DNA of 64,000 nucleotides, from positions 1,235 through 65,234 of the forward strand of contig JAIBAM010000009.1 in NCBI GenBank assembly GCA_019695175.1, written 5' to 3'. The position numbers and the translations under genes are program-made. Source of the DNA: Bdellovibrionales bacterium. GTDB taxonomy: Bacteria > Bdellovibrionota > Bdellovibrionia > Bdellovibrionales > UBA1609. Below the pieces are notes generated by a model. That model did not search any database. It was not told where the DNA came from and saw nothing but the letters and a program-made list of their open reading frames with translations. Shown here piece after piece: positions 40,049 through 48,411 of the stretch (its first letter is position 1; each line of letters begins with the position of its first letter).

Positions 40049-41133
40049 TAGAAATTCCTCCAGTCACCATTTTCATTGTTAGCGTAAATGTGGTTCCAAA
40101 CGTCAGATTCCTGAGGTGCTGGTTCTTGGCGGACTTGCTCTTGAGCTTGACGCCCTTCAAGTTCAAATTTTTCTTTCCACTCTGTGATTTCCATCTCCTT
40201 TAGAACACCTTGCTTTAAAAGTTTTTGCTCAAAAAGCTGCAGGCTATCTTCCTCAGGAATAAAATTTGTTCCAGACGCAGAGGAATGACCGTAAAGTCTA
40301 GAAACCATGGCTTCAACCAAAACCGGTCGACCCTTTTCACGAATGTAAGTCATTATTTCTTTAAGTTTAATGTAGGTTTCAATGGGATCATTGCCATTAA
40401 TAACATGGGTGGGGATATTAAAGGCCTTCCCGCGATCTGCGATGTGGATTTCACCGTGCTGGGTAGAATAGGAAGTTGAAATCCCCCACCGATTATTTTG
40501 AACTGTTATCAAAATTGGTAGTTCCTGTTTCGGACGGGAAGCCCAAATCAGACACGTGGCAAAATCGCCTTCTGCAGTCCCCGCATCTCCACCTGAAACA
40601 ATGGTAATTCCCTTGGAGTTATGACGTTTTTGCACTCTTGCGGTACCAATAGACAAAGAATATTGAATGCCAATAGGGGAGGTAATGGGGGTTATATTCC
40701 ATTGCGGATAGCAATAGTGCCCTGAAAAATTCCTTCCCCCAGTGCAAGGATCCGTGGATCGATTCATCATCAATCGCACAGCATCAATCATGGGCATTCC
40801 CATCGCAACTAAAGTAGGAGTGGCTCGGTAATGGAGATGGAAAAAATCATATTCAGGCCCTTGTCCCTTGTGGCACAATAAACCCAGTGGAACCCCCCAG
40901 GCCTCTTCCCCTGGCCCACCAATCCAGAAAAAAGCTTCCCCAGCTTTGTATATTTTAATCAGCCTTTCTTCCAGAATTCTTGTTTTTAGCATCAAGCTGT
41001 AAATGGAACGGAGCAATTCCTTGGGTAGGGGTAAAGATTTTTCCTGGGGACGAGTCTTATTTTTCTTGTGAAGAACCTGATTTGATTTTTTTGTGGACAT
41101 TTTTTTTTCAACTTGAGTTTGCGCCATCTCCAC
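40048..41133 (-). CDS. 2-oxoacid dehydrogenase E1 component, alpha subunit (TPP-dependent)
   Basis: TPP-binding region ITIVSGGDAGTAEGDFATCL...VQNNRWGIST. Confidence 0.85.
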   Translation of the reverse strand: MEMAQTQVEKKMSTKKSNQVLHKKNKTRPQEKSLPLPKELLRSIYSLMLKTRILEERLIKIYKAGEAFFWIGGPGEEAWGVPLGLLCHKGQGPEYDFFHLHYRATPTLVAMGMPMIDAVRLMMNRSTDPCTGGRNFSGHYCYPQWNITPITSPIGIQYSLSIGTARVQKRHNSKGITIVSGGDAGTAEGDFATCLIWASRPKQELPILITVQNNRWGISTSYSTQHGEIHIADRGKAFNIPTHVINGNDPIETYIKLKEIMTYIREKGRPVLVEAMVSRLYGHSSASGTNFIPEEDSLQLFEQKLLKQGVLKEMEITEWKEKFELEGRQAQEQVRQEPAPQESDVWNHIYANNENGDWRNF

Positions 41134-41192
41134 CTCCTACATCCTCCAGAGGTATCGAACTGGGGGATGTTTGTCAAAGTGGAGTCTTTATC

Positions 41193-43439
41193 TCAATCGT
41201 CAGCTTTTTCAGCATGACCTTGCGGTTTTACCGTGGAAGTTTTAACCAATTCTTTAACGGTAGACTCAGCATGACCATTTTTACTGGAAGCAGTTAATTC
41301 TTCAGATAAGTTGTGGGCTACATTAAGCGCTTCTTGAATGTCAGCCCGTTCCAAGTATTTTTTCTTTCTTTCTTCACGACTTAAATTCAAATTGCCTTCA
41401 GCCCCATCAGCACTGGGATCCGAAGTTTCAGTTCCAGGTTTGCCGTCTAACTTATCCTTTTTTTGTTTTTCACTTTTATCTTTTAAAAGCTCACCTATAA
41501 TCAAATCGAAACCACGCTTCTTGATTTTTGCAATCTCTTCTCGCACCTTTTTAAAGTCTTCACTTTTGCTGACCCGATCTAAAGATTTCTTATTTACTTT
41601 ATCGATAACAGCTTGTTGAAGTGGTTTCCAAGCGTTTTTACCTTCGGTCACATAGGCCGAAGGGGACAAAAACTCTTTAATTTTTTTGGGTGGCAACGAA
41701 TAATCCAATGTTTTTTCACCAATTTCATCAGAGGAGTAAATACTGGGCCAAATAATATCGGCATTGACCCCGCGGTGTTGAGTTGAATTTCCCCCTGCGA
41801 CAAAGAACATTCCCACTGTTGTTTTAATCGCTCCCAATCCTGGCGGTAAATACTCTACCGACTGAACGGTTCCTTTGCCAAAAGTATGATCTCCTCCAAC
41901 AACAATGGCTCTCTTGTAGTCCTTTAGAGTTCCAGAAACAATTTCCGAAGCACTTGCACTCACTCGACTGATTAAAATAACTAAAGGCCCCGTCCAATCC
42001 ACCTGTTCATCTGTATCCTTCAAAACTTCATATTCATATTGTTCTGAGGCATTGGACTTCTGGGATTGTTTCACCACATTTCCTGTCGCAAAAAACAATC
42101 CTGCAATATCGACGGCGTCTTTGAGAGAACCTCCACCATTTGTGGAAAGATCCAAAACCACAGCATCAGCATTATTTTTGTTTATATCCGCCAAAAGCTT
42201 TTTCATATCTCTAGCTGCAGAAGGTCCATCCTTGCGATTGTCCGCATAAAAGGAGGGTAAATCAATCAAGGCAATTTTTTTCTTCACGTTATCCAGAGTT
42301 CGATCCAAATAAGTAACACTCGCAGCTTCGTCTTCCAATTTTATTTGGTCTCTCACCAAAACAACTTCAAAATGCTCGGTCTCCTTCGCTGCCTTTCGTA
42401 AAACTTTTAGCTTCACTTTGGAACCCTTGGTTCCTCGAATAAGTCGAACCACATCACGAAGATCCATCTCAATCACATTTTGAAACTCGCCCTTTTCCCC
42501 TTGAGCGACTGCAACAATTTTGTCTTTTGGTTTGAGCTTACCAGAATTGTAAGCAGCTCCACCGGCAATCAGTTGTTCAATGACAGTGAACCCGTCCTGT
42601 GAACTAAGTGTGGCTCCAATACCCTCCAAAGAAAGACGCATTTGAATCTCAAAGTCCTCCAAGGCATCTGCAGACATATAACTAGAGTGGGGATCTAGAG
42701 AACGGGCAAAAGAGTCTAAATAGTTAGACCAAACATCTTGCTTTGTCATTTCATGAACTCGTCGAATCAAACGCTCATAATTTCGGACCACTTGACTTTT
42801 AGCCTCCTCGACTTTCATGTCTGTAGCTAAATAAGTCGAGATCTGATATTGCAAGTAGGATTCATGGAATTTATTGAGTTCCCCAACAGACTGAGCCCGC
42901 TTCCTATGATCAGGATCTAATATTATTTTGGTTTTTGGATTAAATACAAATTTTTCACCTAAATATTTTTTAGCATAGTCCACTCGCTCTTTCACTCTTT
43001 GTTCAAAGAGTTTTTCAACCTGATCGATGGAACCGCACTCCTTTTGTTGAATTTTTTTAAACAAAGCGCTCATAATTTTATGAACCTGATTCACATCCTT
43101 TTCCATAAAATATAACTTTTGTGGATCCAACCGTTTGATCAATTGATCCTGAGTGCGAAACTCCATATTTGTACTGACTTGAGTGAAGTTCACATGTTTT
43201 TCCAAGTACTTCATTTGAATGGGAAAAAGATGGACACAGTTCAATTCTAACGTTTGATTGCGAAGAAGTTGCGCATGGCTTTGAGAACCCCAAAACAACA
43301 AAAGAGAATTAGAAGCAACATTCAAAGCTAAAACCAAAAGGGAGCTTATAAAAGTTGAATTCCAAAAATTGCCCAATTGCAGACTTTTTCTAAGAACAAT
43401 AAGTTGCCTTAATTTCATGATGAAACCTCCCATGCCCAA
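41193..43439 (-). CDS. prc: tail-specific (C-terminal processing) protease, S41A
   Basis: Contains VVLDLSTNGGGSLKDAVDIAGLF and ILISRVSASASEIVSGTLKDY, with a PDZ-like region. The start could be the internal MKLRQLIV codon. Confidence 0.88.
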   Translation of the reverse strand: MGMGGFIMKLRQLIVLRKSLQLGNFWNSTFISSLLVLALNVASNSLLLFWGSQSHAQLLRNQTLELNCVHLFPIQMKYLEKHVNFTQVSTNMEFRTQDQLIKRLDPQKLYFMEKDVNQVHKIMSALFKKIQQKECGSIDQVEKLFEQRVKERVDYAKKYLGEKFVFNPKTKIILDPDHRKRAQSVGELNKFHESYLQYQISTYLATDMKVEEAKSQVVRNYERLIRRVHEMTKQDVWSNYLDSFARSLDPHSSYMSADALEDFEIQMRLSLEGIGATLSSQDGFTVIEQLIAGGAAYNSGKLKPKDKIVAVAQGEKGEFQNVIEMDLRDVVRLIRGTKGSKVKLKVLRKAAKETEHFEVVLVRDQIKLEDEAASVTYLDRTLDNVKKKIALIDLPSFYADNRKDGPSAARDMKKLLADINKNNADAVVLDLSTNGGGSLKDAVDIAGLFFATGNVVKQSQKSNASEQYEYEVLKDTDEQVDWTGPLVILISRVSASASEIVSGTLKDYKRAIVVGGDHTFGKGTVQSVEYLPPGLGAIKTTVGMFFVAGGNSTQHRGVNADIIWPSIYSSDEIGEKTLDYSLPPKKIKEFLSPSAYVTEGKNAWKPLQQAVIDKVNKKSLDRVSKSEDFKKVREEIAKIKKRGFDLIIGELLKDKSEKQKKDKLDGKPGTETSDPSADGAEGNLNLSREERKKKYLERADIQEALNVAHNLSEELTASSKNGHAESTVKELVKTSTVKPQGHAEKADD

Positions 43440-43607
43440 CTCCTATCGTCACTTCACGCCTCTAACCAGAGGTTTATTTTAAAAACCATTGGAACCACAT
43501 ATTATGTTGTACAAACCAACTTTGAGACTTTATTTTTTAACCACTTAAACTATTTATATGAATGGAACTGAAATTTTTTGATACGAAATACTGCCTAAAT
43601 AATGCGG

Positions 43608-43630
43608 GGAGCTAAATATTTATTAGCTCC
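43608..43630 (-). terminator. hairpin about 90 nt downstream of the catalase-related gene (weak terminator candidate)
   Basis: 8-bp stem GGAGCTAA/TTAGCTCC with a 7-nt loop. The T-rich tail is clearer on the plus strand (TGTTTTGT) than on the minus strand. Confidence 0.3.
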
Positions 43631-43717
43631 TGTTTTGTAAAACCTGTAGCCAGTGATACAGGGGGTGAAAACCAATTTGTAAACTTCAACTTTTAATGGG
43701 ACTCTACTTTTCACTTA

Positions 43718-45352
43718 CTATTTTTGCTCTATATTATTAGTCGGGAACATGGATTTCGCCTGCTGACGCAACCCGACTACAGTACTTTCGGCCAAATCAG
43801 GCATTTGGGGCAGATTACCACTGTTTGGTACAACATTGATTCCATCTACTCCATTAAAACCATTATTTAGGCGACCCCAAGCACTGGCCAAGTAGGGAAA
43901 TATTCGAGCACGCCCCATCCCAAGAGGCCTATGCACTGGTAAAAAATGACCTGGACTAAAGACACTTGAATCACAACTACCGTTATTTTGTGCTGGGTTC
44001 TGTTGATCAAAAACCAGTTCGCCCACAGTAATTAGTGGAGTTTTCCATTCTATGAGTGCATTCTCAATAGGCTCTTGATCTCCATCCCTTGACATCTTGT
44101 CTAACTGAATTTTCACCGTAAATCTGATTTGTTTTTTTTGAGCTTTAGCCTGTAAATCAGCACTTAAATAATTTGGTTCTTTTTCTTTTTCTCCTGAGCT
44201 GTCTACATCCCCACTAGAATCTTCCGGAACGAAAGTGATTTTCATTGCCAGGTCTTGAACTAAACGGGTCTCGCCATTTGCATTTGTTATTTCTCCCATC
44301 AAATAGGGATGCCCGCCCCAATATTGAATATTAGCAAGACTCCCAACCTCAGTTGCTGTTGTTTTTAGCAAGTTACATCCGGGTTTCCCATCACAATCCA
44401 ATAGTGACAACTTGTTTATACCGTCCTTTTTAGATTTGTCCGATAACATTGTAAGAATGATCTCTTTAACTATGTCCGGTAAATCCGGAAAGGTGTTATT
44501 ACGATACAAATAACTAAGTGTCCCGAAAGAAACCCCATATTTTTGCGTTAGATTCATAAATTCCACAAACTGAGGCACATCTTTTGCGGCGGGAGTTGGT
44601 GAGTTGGTGAGTAGAAAATCTAACGTTCTTGACTTCCCAGAAAGCTGATCTATAGCCCCAAATATTTTAACGGCTAGACCTCTTACATCTTCCTCCTTGT
44701 CGTGAGTAGAAAACCCAACTCCATTGGAGAATCGTGCGATAACATTGTAGGAGCGCAATAATTCCGCAGAATCCCTATCCGTTCTAGGTTTCCCGCCAAC
44801 AGGGGAATTTAAATCTTGAGAAAATATCCCCCGGGAGACTCGGGCTACATAATCCTTTTCGAAAGAGCCGTCATTTGTCTTTAAAATATTTAACTGTCCT
44901 ACCAAACAGCCGTGACCCTTTTGGTGAAACACACGATCAGGGCGACCCCCATGTTCACTCCGTGCTATTTCTCTTTGCACTCGAACAACGTCAGCCACCA
45001 ACTCAACAAGTCGCTGTTGCTCTGTAGAGCTATTACCGTATGAGCCCCCTTTTTTCGCTGGAAGATAACTTTCCCCAGCATAGAGAGGAACACCTTTGGG
45101 ATTCCCATACAAAGAAAGCATCACCTTCTGGTAAAGTTGATTTAAATCTGCAATAAATGGATACCAGGAAATGGTGTTATGATACCAGTCGTAATCATAT
45201 GTGCTGGGCTTAGGTGAACGATCAGCTTCGCTCGCATTCATTTTGTTGCTGAAAAATAAAACACAGCTCCACAACATTAAGCTTCCACAAAACCAACCCA
45301 TAATCCACCACCTAAATGCGATGGGAATGTTTCTAAGCAAAACATTCCTCAT
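43718..45352 (-). CDS. membrane-anchored catalase-related haem protein
   Basis: DRVFHQKGHGCLVG resembles the catalase distal-His region. ARFSNGVGF...DVRGLAVKIF resembles RFS...D.RG.A.KF. RIFPYLASA resembles the proximal R-x-F-x-Y motif. N-terminal TM present. Confidence 0.55.
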   Translation of the reverse strand: MRNVLLRNIPIAFRWWIMGWFCGSLMLWSCVLFFSNKMNASEADRSPKPSTYDYDWYHNTISWYPFIADLNQLYQKVMLSLYGNPKGVPLYAGESYLPAKKGGSYGNSSTEQQRLVELVADVVRVQREIARSEHGGRPDRVFHQKGHGCLVGQLNILKTNDGSFEKDYVARVSRGIFSQDLNSPVGGKPRTDRDSAELLRSYNVIARFSNGVGFSTHDKEEDVRGLAVKIFGAIDQLSGKSRTLDFLLTNSPTPAAKDVPQFVEFMNLTQKYGVSFGTLSYLYRNNTFPDLPDIVKEIILTMLSDKSKKDGINKLSLLDCDGKPGCNLLKTTATEVGSLANIQYWGGHPYLMGEITNANGETRLVQDLAMKITFVPEDSSGDVDSSGEKEKEPNYLSADLQAKAQKKQIRFTVKIQLDKMSRDGDQEPIENALIEWKTPLITVGELVFDQQNPAQNNGSCDSSVFSPGHFLPVHRPLGMGRARIFPYLASAWGRLNNGFNGVDGINVVPNSGNLPQMPDLAESTVVGLRQQAKSMFPTNNIEQK

Positions 45353-45632
45353 TTTCTAAATTTTCAATTAAAATTTCGACTTAATTGTGATGCTTTCTAA
45401 GACCTTCAATGAATCGGAGCAATTATTTTTTTTCAAGTTATATTATTTACCATGAGTGCAAAAAATTTATAGGACTTCCTATTCAGGAAAATATTGTTTG
45501 AGTTTCTATTTTTTCTGCGTATTTAAGTCGAACCTACAATTTAAGACAACCTGCAAACTTAAAATTAAGCAAAAACAAAAAAATAGTAACTAACAGCCGT
45601 TTCCAAAAATTAAAATATAAAAGAGGAAAGTA

Positions 45633-45676
45633 CAAAAGAGGGGGAAATAGTGAAAAAAAAAATTGATCCAACAATG
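45633..45676 (+). repeat. direct repeat copy A (SD, GTG, A10, TTG ATC CAA CAA TG)
   Basis: caaaagagggggaaatagtgaaaaaaaaaattgatccaacaatg. Matches 47468-47511 except for two single-base indels. Confidence 0.9.
45653..45662 (+). repeat. A10 homopolymer between the GTG at 45650 and the deacetylase reading frame
   Basis: Counted directly. The downstream repeat copy has A9. Confidence 0.9.
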
Positions 45677-47441
45677 GATTTATCGGGCCTTAATTCTTGA
45701 ATTATTTTTAACACCCGTGTGGAGCATGCAATCTTGGGCAGCAGAATCACAACAATTGCAAACCGACTCTCTGAGGATCACAGAAGCAGTAACAAGAGAA
45801 ATTCATAACGATTCCCTCAGCAGAGAACTTGATAAAGGGGAGTCTCAACTAGGAAGGATTTTAAATGAAGCTCTCAAACAAAGTTCGAATGCCAGCACTC
45901 AAATTGCCTCTTTTAAACAGGCATTGGATGGGTTGGTAAAACGATATTTACATTTTTTCTACCTTTCATTTTACTTTTTAAATAAATTTGATCAAGATTT
46001 GGATACCGCCTACAATCTAGCTCAAACTAACACTGCTTCTGATAGTGATAAAGAGTTGGCTCTACGGAAATTTCGTCAAACCCGCCTCATAAATCACATT
46101 GTTTCCACCGTGGAAATTAGAAAAACTCATAATTTAGCAGGTATTTTTATCGGGCTAAACCGAGCCCGTATGGATGATTTAGACTTTCTAAATGAAGAGA
46201 ATGATCCATCCACAAAGGCTCTTTTACAACAAAACAGGTCCATGATTAAAAGCTTGGCCATTCAGGGTCTCGGTCATTTAGATGCTAAAATGAAAGAAGA
46301 AAAAGAGAAAGGTTACAGTTTAGCTTTATCCAACTTGGCACAAGAAGTACTTCATGACTTTTCAATTTTTGTTGAATTGCAAAAAGAAACGCCAAAAGCA
46401 AAAAATTATGCTCAACTTTTAGAGGCCTATACCAAGTCGTTCGCAAAAAACTACATTACTGATGGTTTAACAATTCAAGTCCAAAATAGGGAGCTAACCA
46501 AACCAGGAGAATATGATTCTCGCGATATGGATAAGCTCACCAGAAGGCTGATAAAATACGCGATAAAAAACAACCCCGATTGGTACACGATTATTATGAA
46601 CGAAGAACTGCCGGACGCGGAGGACGCCCGTACCGATAAAAACGAAAAACAATTAGTCGCAAGATTCCCCTTTTGGCCAAAATGGCTTAGGGGCTGGAAC
46701 CTATTTTCAAACTGGAACCTATTTTCAAAATTGAATCTATCCCAATCGCTATCACCTTTTGCTTTTGCAGATGAGGTTATTAGAATCCGGGCTTCACCTG
46801 ATTCGGGCCCCAGTGGAAATGTCAATGGCAATAAATTTCCAAATAAAGTTTGGGCATTGACTCTGGATGACGGGCCACATCCAACTCACACCATGGAAAT
46901 GGTAGCAGCAATGAATTCCGGCAACATTAGTGGCACGTTTTTTTGGCTCTCAAAAAATATTGAGAACTATCCTAAAATTGCTTTAAGCAATGAAATATCT
47001 GACCGTCATGTTCGAGCGTCCCACTCTTACAGTCACGCCAATATACCTAAATTAAATGACATGGGACAAGAGAAAGAAATCACCGGCGCCGTTGATATTT
47101 TCAATAAAATAGTTAAAACAAAGCCCCGGTTTTTTCGCTGCCCCTATGGGGCTTGCGATCCCAATGATTCAAATATTAGAAAAAAAATTGCCGCCAACAA
47201 TCTCGTCCATGTTTTTTGGAATGTGGACAGCTTGGACTGGCAAGATAAGAATCCAAACACCATTTTTGAGCGAATTCTTAAACAAATGAAGCTAAGTAAT
47301 CATGGAATTATTTTAGTACATGACATCCACCCTCAATCAGTGAAGGCCGTACAAAAGTTAGCTGAATACTATTCCAGTGCTGAAAACCCAGGATATGTAT
47401 TTAAGAATTTAAATGAAATACTCGAAGTAACAAGTAATTAA
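45663..47441 (+). CDS. secreted NodB-family polysaccharide/peptidoglycan deacetylase with a large N-terminal domain
   Basis: All five NodB motifs are present: LTLDDGP, HSYSH, RCPYG, VDSLDWQD and ILVHD. As written, the frame opens at TTG 45663, which is 18 nt from the SD. With one fewer A, GTG 45650 gives MKKKLIQQW.... Confidence 0.8.
   Translation: MIQQWIYRALILELFLTPVWSMQSWAAESQQLQTDSLRITEAVTREIHNDSLSRELDKGESQLGRILNEALKQSSNASTQIASFKQALDGLVKRYLHFFYLSFYFLNKFDQDLDTAYNLAQTNTASDSDKELALRKFRQTRLINHIVSTVEIRKTHNLAGIFIGLNRARMDDLDFLNEENDPSTKALLQQNRSMIKSLAIQGLGHLDAKMKEEKEKGYSLALSNLAQEVLHDFSIFVELQKETPKAKNYAQLLEAYTKSFAKNYITDGLTIQVQNRELTKPGEYDSRDMDKLTRRLIKYAIKNNPDWYTIIMNEELPDAEDARTDKNEKQLVARFPFWPKWLRGWNLFSNWNLFSKLNLSQSLSPFAFADEVIRIRASPDSGPSGNVNGNKFPNKVWALTLDDGPHPTHTMEMVAAMNSGNISGTFFWLSKNIENYPKIALSNEISDRHVRASHSYSHANIPKLNDMGQEKEITGAVDIFNKIVKTKPRFFRCPYGACDPNDSNIRKKIAANNLVHVFWNVDSLDWQDKNPNTIFERILKQMKLSNHGIILVHDIHPQSVKAVQKLAEYYSSAENPGYVFKNLNEILEVTSN
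46694..46729 (+). repeat. perfect in-frame 18-bp tandem duplication inside the deacetylase gene
   Basis: ctggaacctattttcaaa occurs twice in tandem, encoding the duplicated WNLFS(N/K) unit in GWNLFSNWNLFSKLNL. Confidence 0.9.
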
Positions 47442-47457
47442 TCCAAAGCCAACCTTC

Positions 47458-47482
47458 TTCCCCTCTCCAAAAGAGAGGGGAA
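47458..47482 (+). terminator. 10-bp GC-rich hairpin 17 nt after the deacetylase stop, with no U-tract
   Basis: TTCCCCTCTC-caaaa-GAGAGGGGAA. The 3' arm is part of repeat copy B. It is followed by atagtgaaaaaaaaa rather than a T run. Confidence 0.4.
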
Positions 47483-47511
47483 ATAGTGAAAAAAAAATTG
47501 ATCCAACAATG
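47468..47511 (+). repeat. direct repeat copy B (relic start module; GTG-A9-TTG reads an 11-codon stub)
   Basis: caaaagagaggggaaatagtgaaaaaaaaattgatccaacaatg. GTG 47486 reads VKKKLIQQCNG and then TAG at 47519-47521. Confidence 0.9.
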
Positions 47512-47639
47512 TAATGGATAGGGCATACGGGTTTTGTCATCATTATTTGCTTTAAAGGTTTTTCTTTCATATAAGAACTTGTTTTAAGGAAATCACCTCT
47601 GGCGAAGGTGCTTTAAATATTTTAATTCATAGGTTATTG

Positions 47640-48308
47640 ATGAAAGTGTTGAAATTTATAAAAAGTTCCACCATTGAAGAATCCACCTTCAAATTTTCCA
47701 TTCTTTTATTTTGCTACAGCTTAAATATCGGATTTGTTTCCATTGAAGTTCTGCCCTTGGCTCAAGCCAAAAATTTACCTTTAAAAAAAGATCCCGTGGT
47801 GGAAACCTACTTGCAAATTGAAAAGATGTCTCAAGTATTTCAATACCTCTCAGATAAACATGCTGAGGCCATCACAAAAGCACAGACCTCTGATTTAAAT
47901 TATTTTCTTAAAAATGATTTTATTTGTGAAAAGTTTAAAGACAGGGATTTCAATAAGTTGAAGACAAACTTTCATGTCGTGTGGGATCAAGCCATCACAA
48001 AAGCTCGCAAAAGTCTTTTAAAAAAGTTATCCAATCCCGCTCAGATAAATAAAACCTTAGACCTCTGGGAAAGCTCATGCTCCCATCAACAGCTTTGCCG
48101 CTTCTTTTCATTTGTTTTAGAAGATGTATCCCCTCCCAAAAAAATACCAGCAAAAAACAAAGCTCTTTGGGACTCCTTTTTCATTAGGAAGCAGTCTTTA
48201 GATCAAAACGCCCAAACGGTGGACAATCTATCCATTGAGAAGCGTCTCGTCGATTTAAGCACAGTCTGCCAAAATCAGAAACTTATGAAGGAGATACTTT
48301 CCAACTAA
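47640..48308 (+). CDS. hypothetical secreted protein
   Basis: 222 aa from ATG 47640 with a hydrophobic N-terminus (FSILLFCYSLNIGFVSIEVLPLAQA). No recognisable domain. Confidence 0.5.
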   Translation: MKVLKFIKSSTIEESTFKFSILLFCYSLNIGFVSIEVLPLAQAKNLPLKKDPVVETYLQIEKMSQVFQYLSDKHAEAITKAQTSDLNYFLKNDFICEKFKDRDFNKLKTNFHVVWDQAITKARKSLLKKLSNPAQINKTLDLWESSCSHQQLCRFFSFVLEDVSPPKKIPAKNKALWDSFFIRKQSLDQNAQTVDNLSIEKRLVDLSTVCQNQKLMKEILSN

Positions 48309-48411
48309 ACATTCGTCCCCTCGCATTTTATAAACTCTCCCAGTTAATTGCATCCAGATAAATGAGTCCAGTGGAAAAGGTTTTAGAATTCGAGGGCACA
48401 AAATAAAAAAG

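Noticed and set aside
45633-47521. Interpreting the repeat-flanked deacetylase segment as an IS element or transposon
   Set aside because: There is no transposase and there are no terminal inverted repeats. The 44-bp repeats are far longer than target-site duplications and include the gene's own SD and start.
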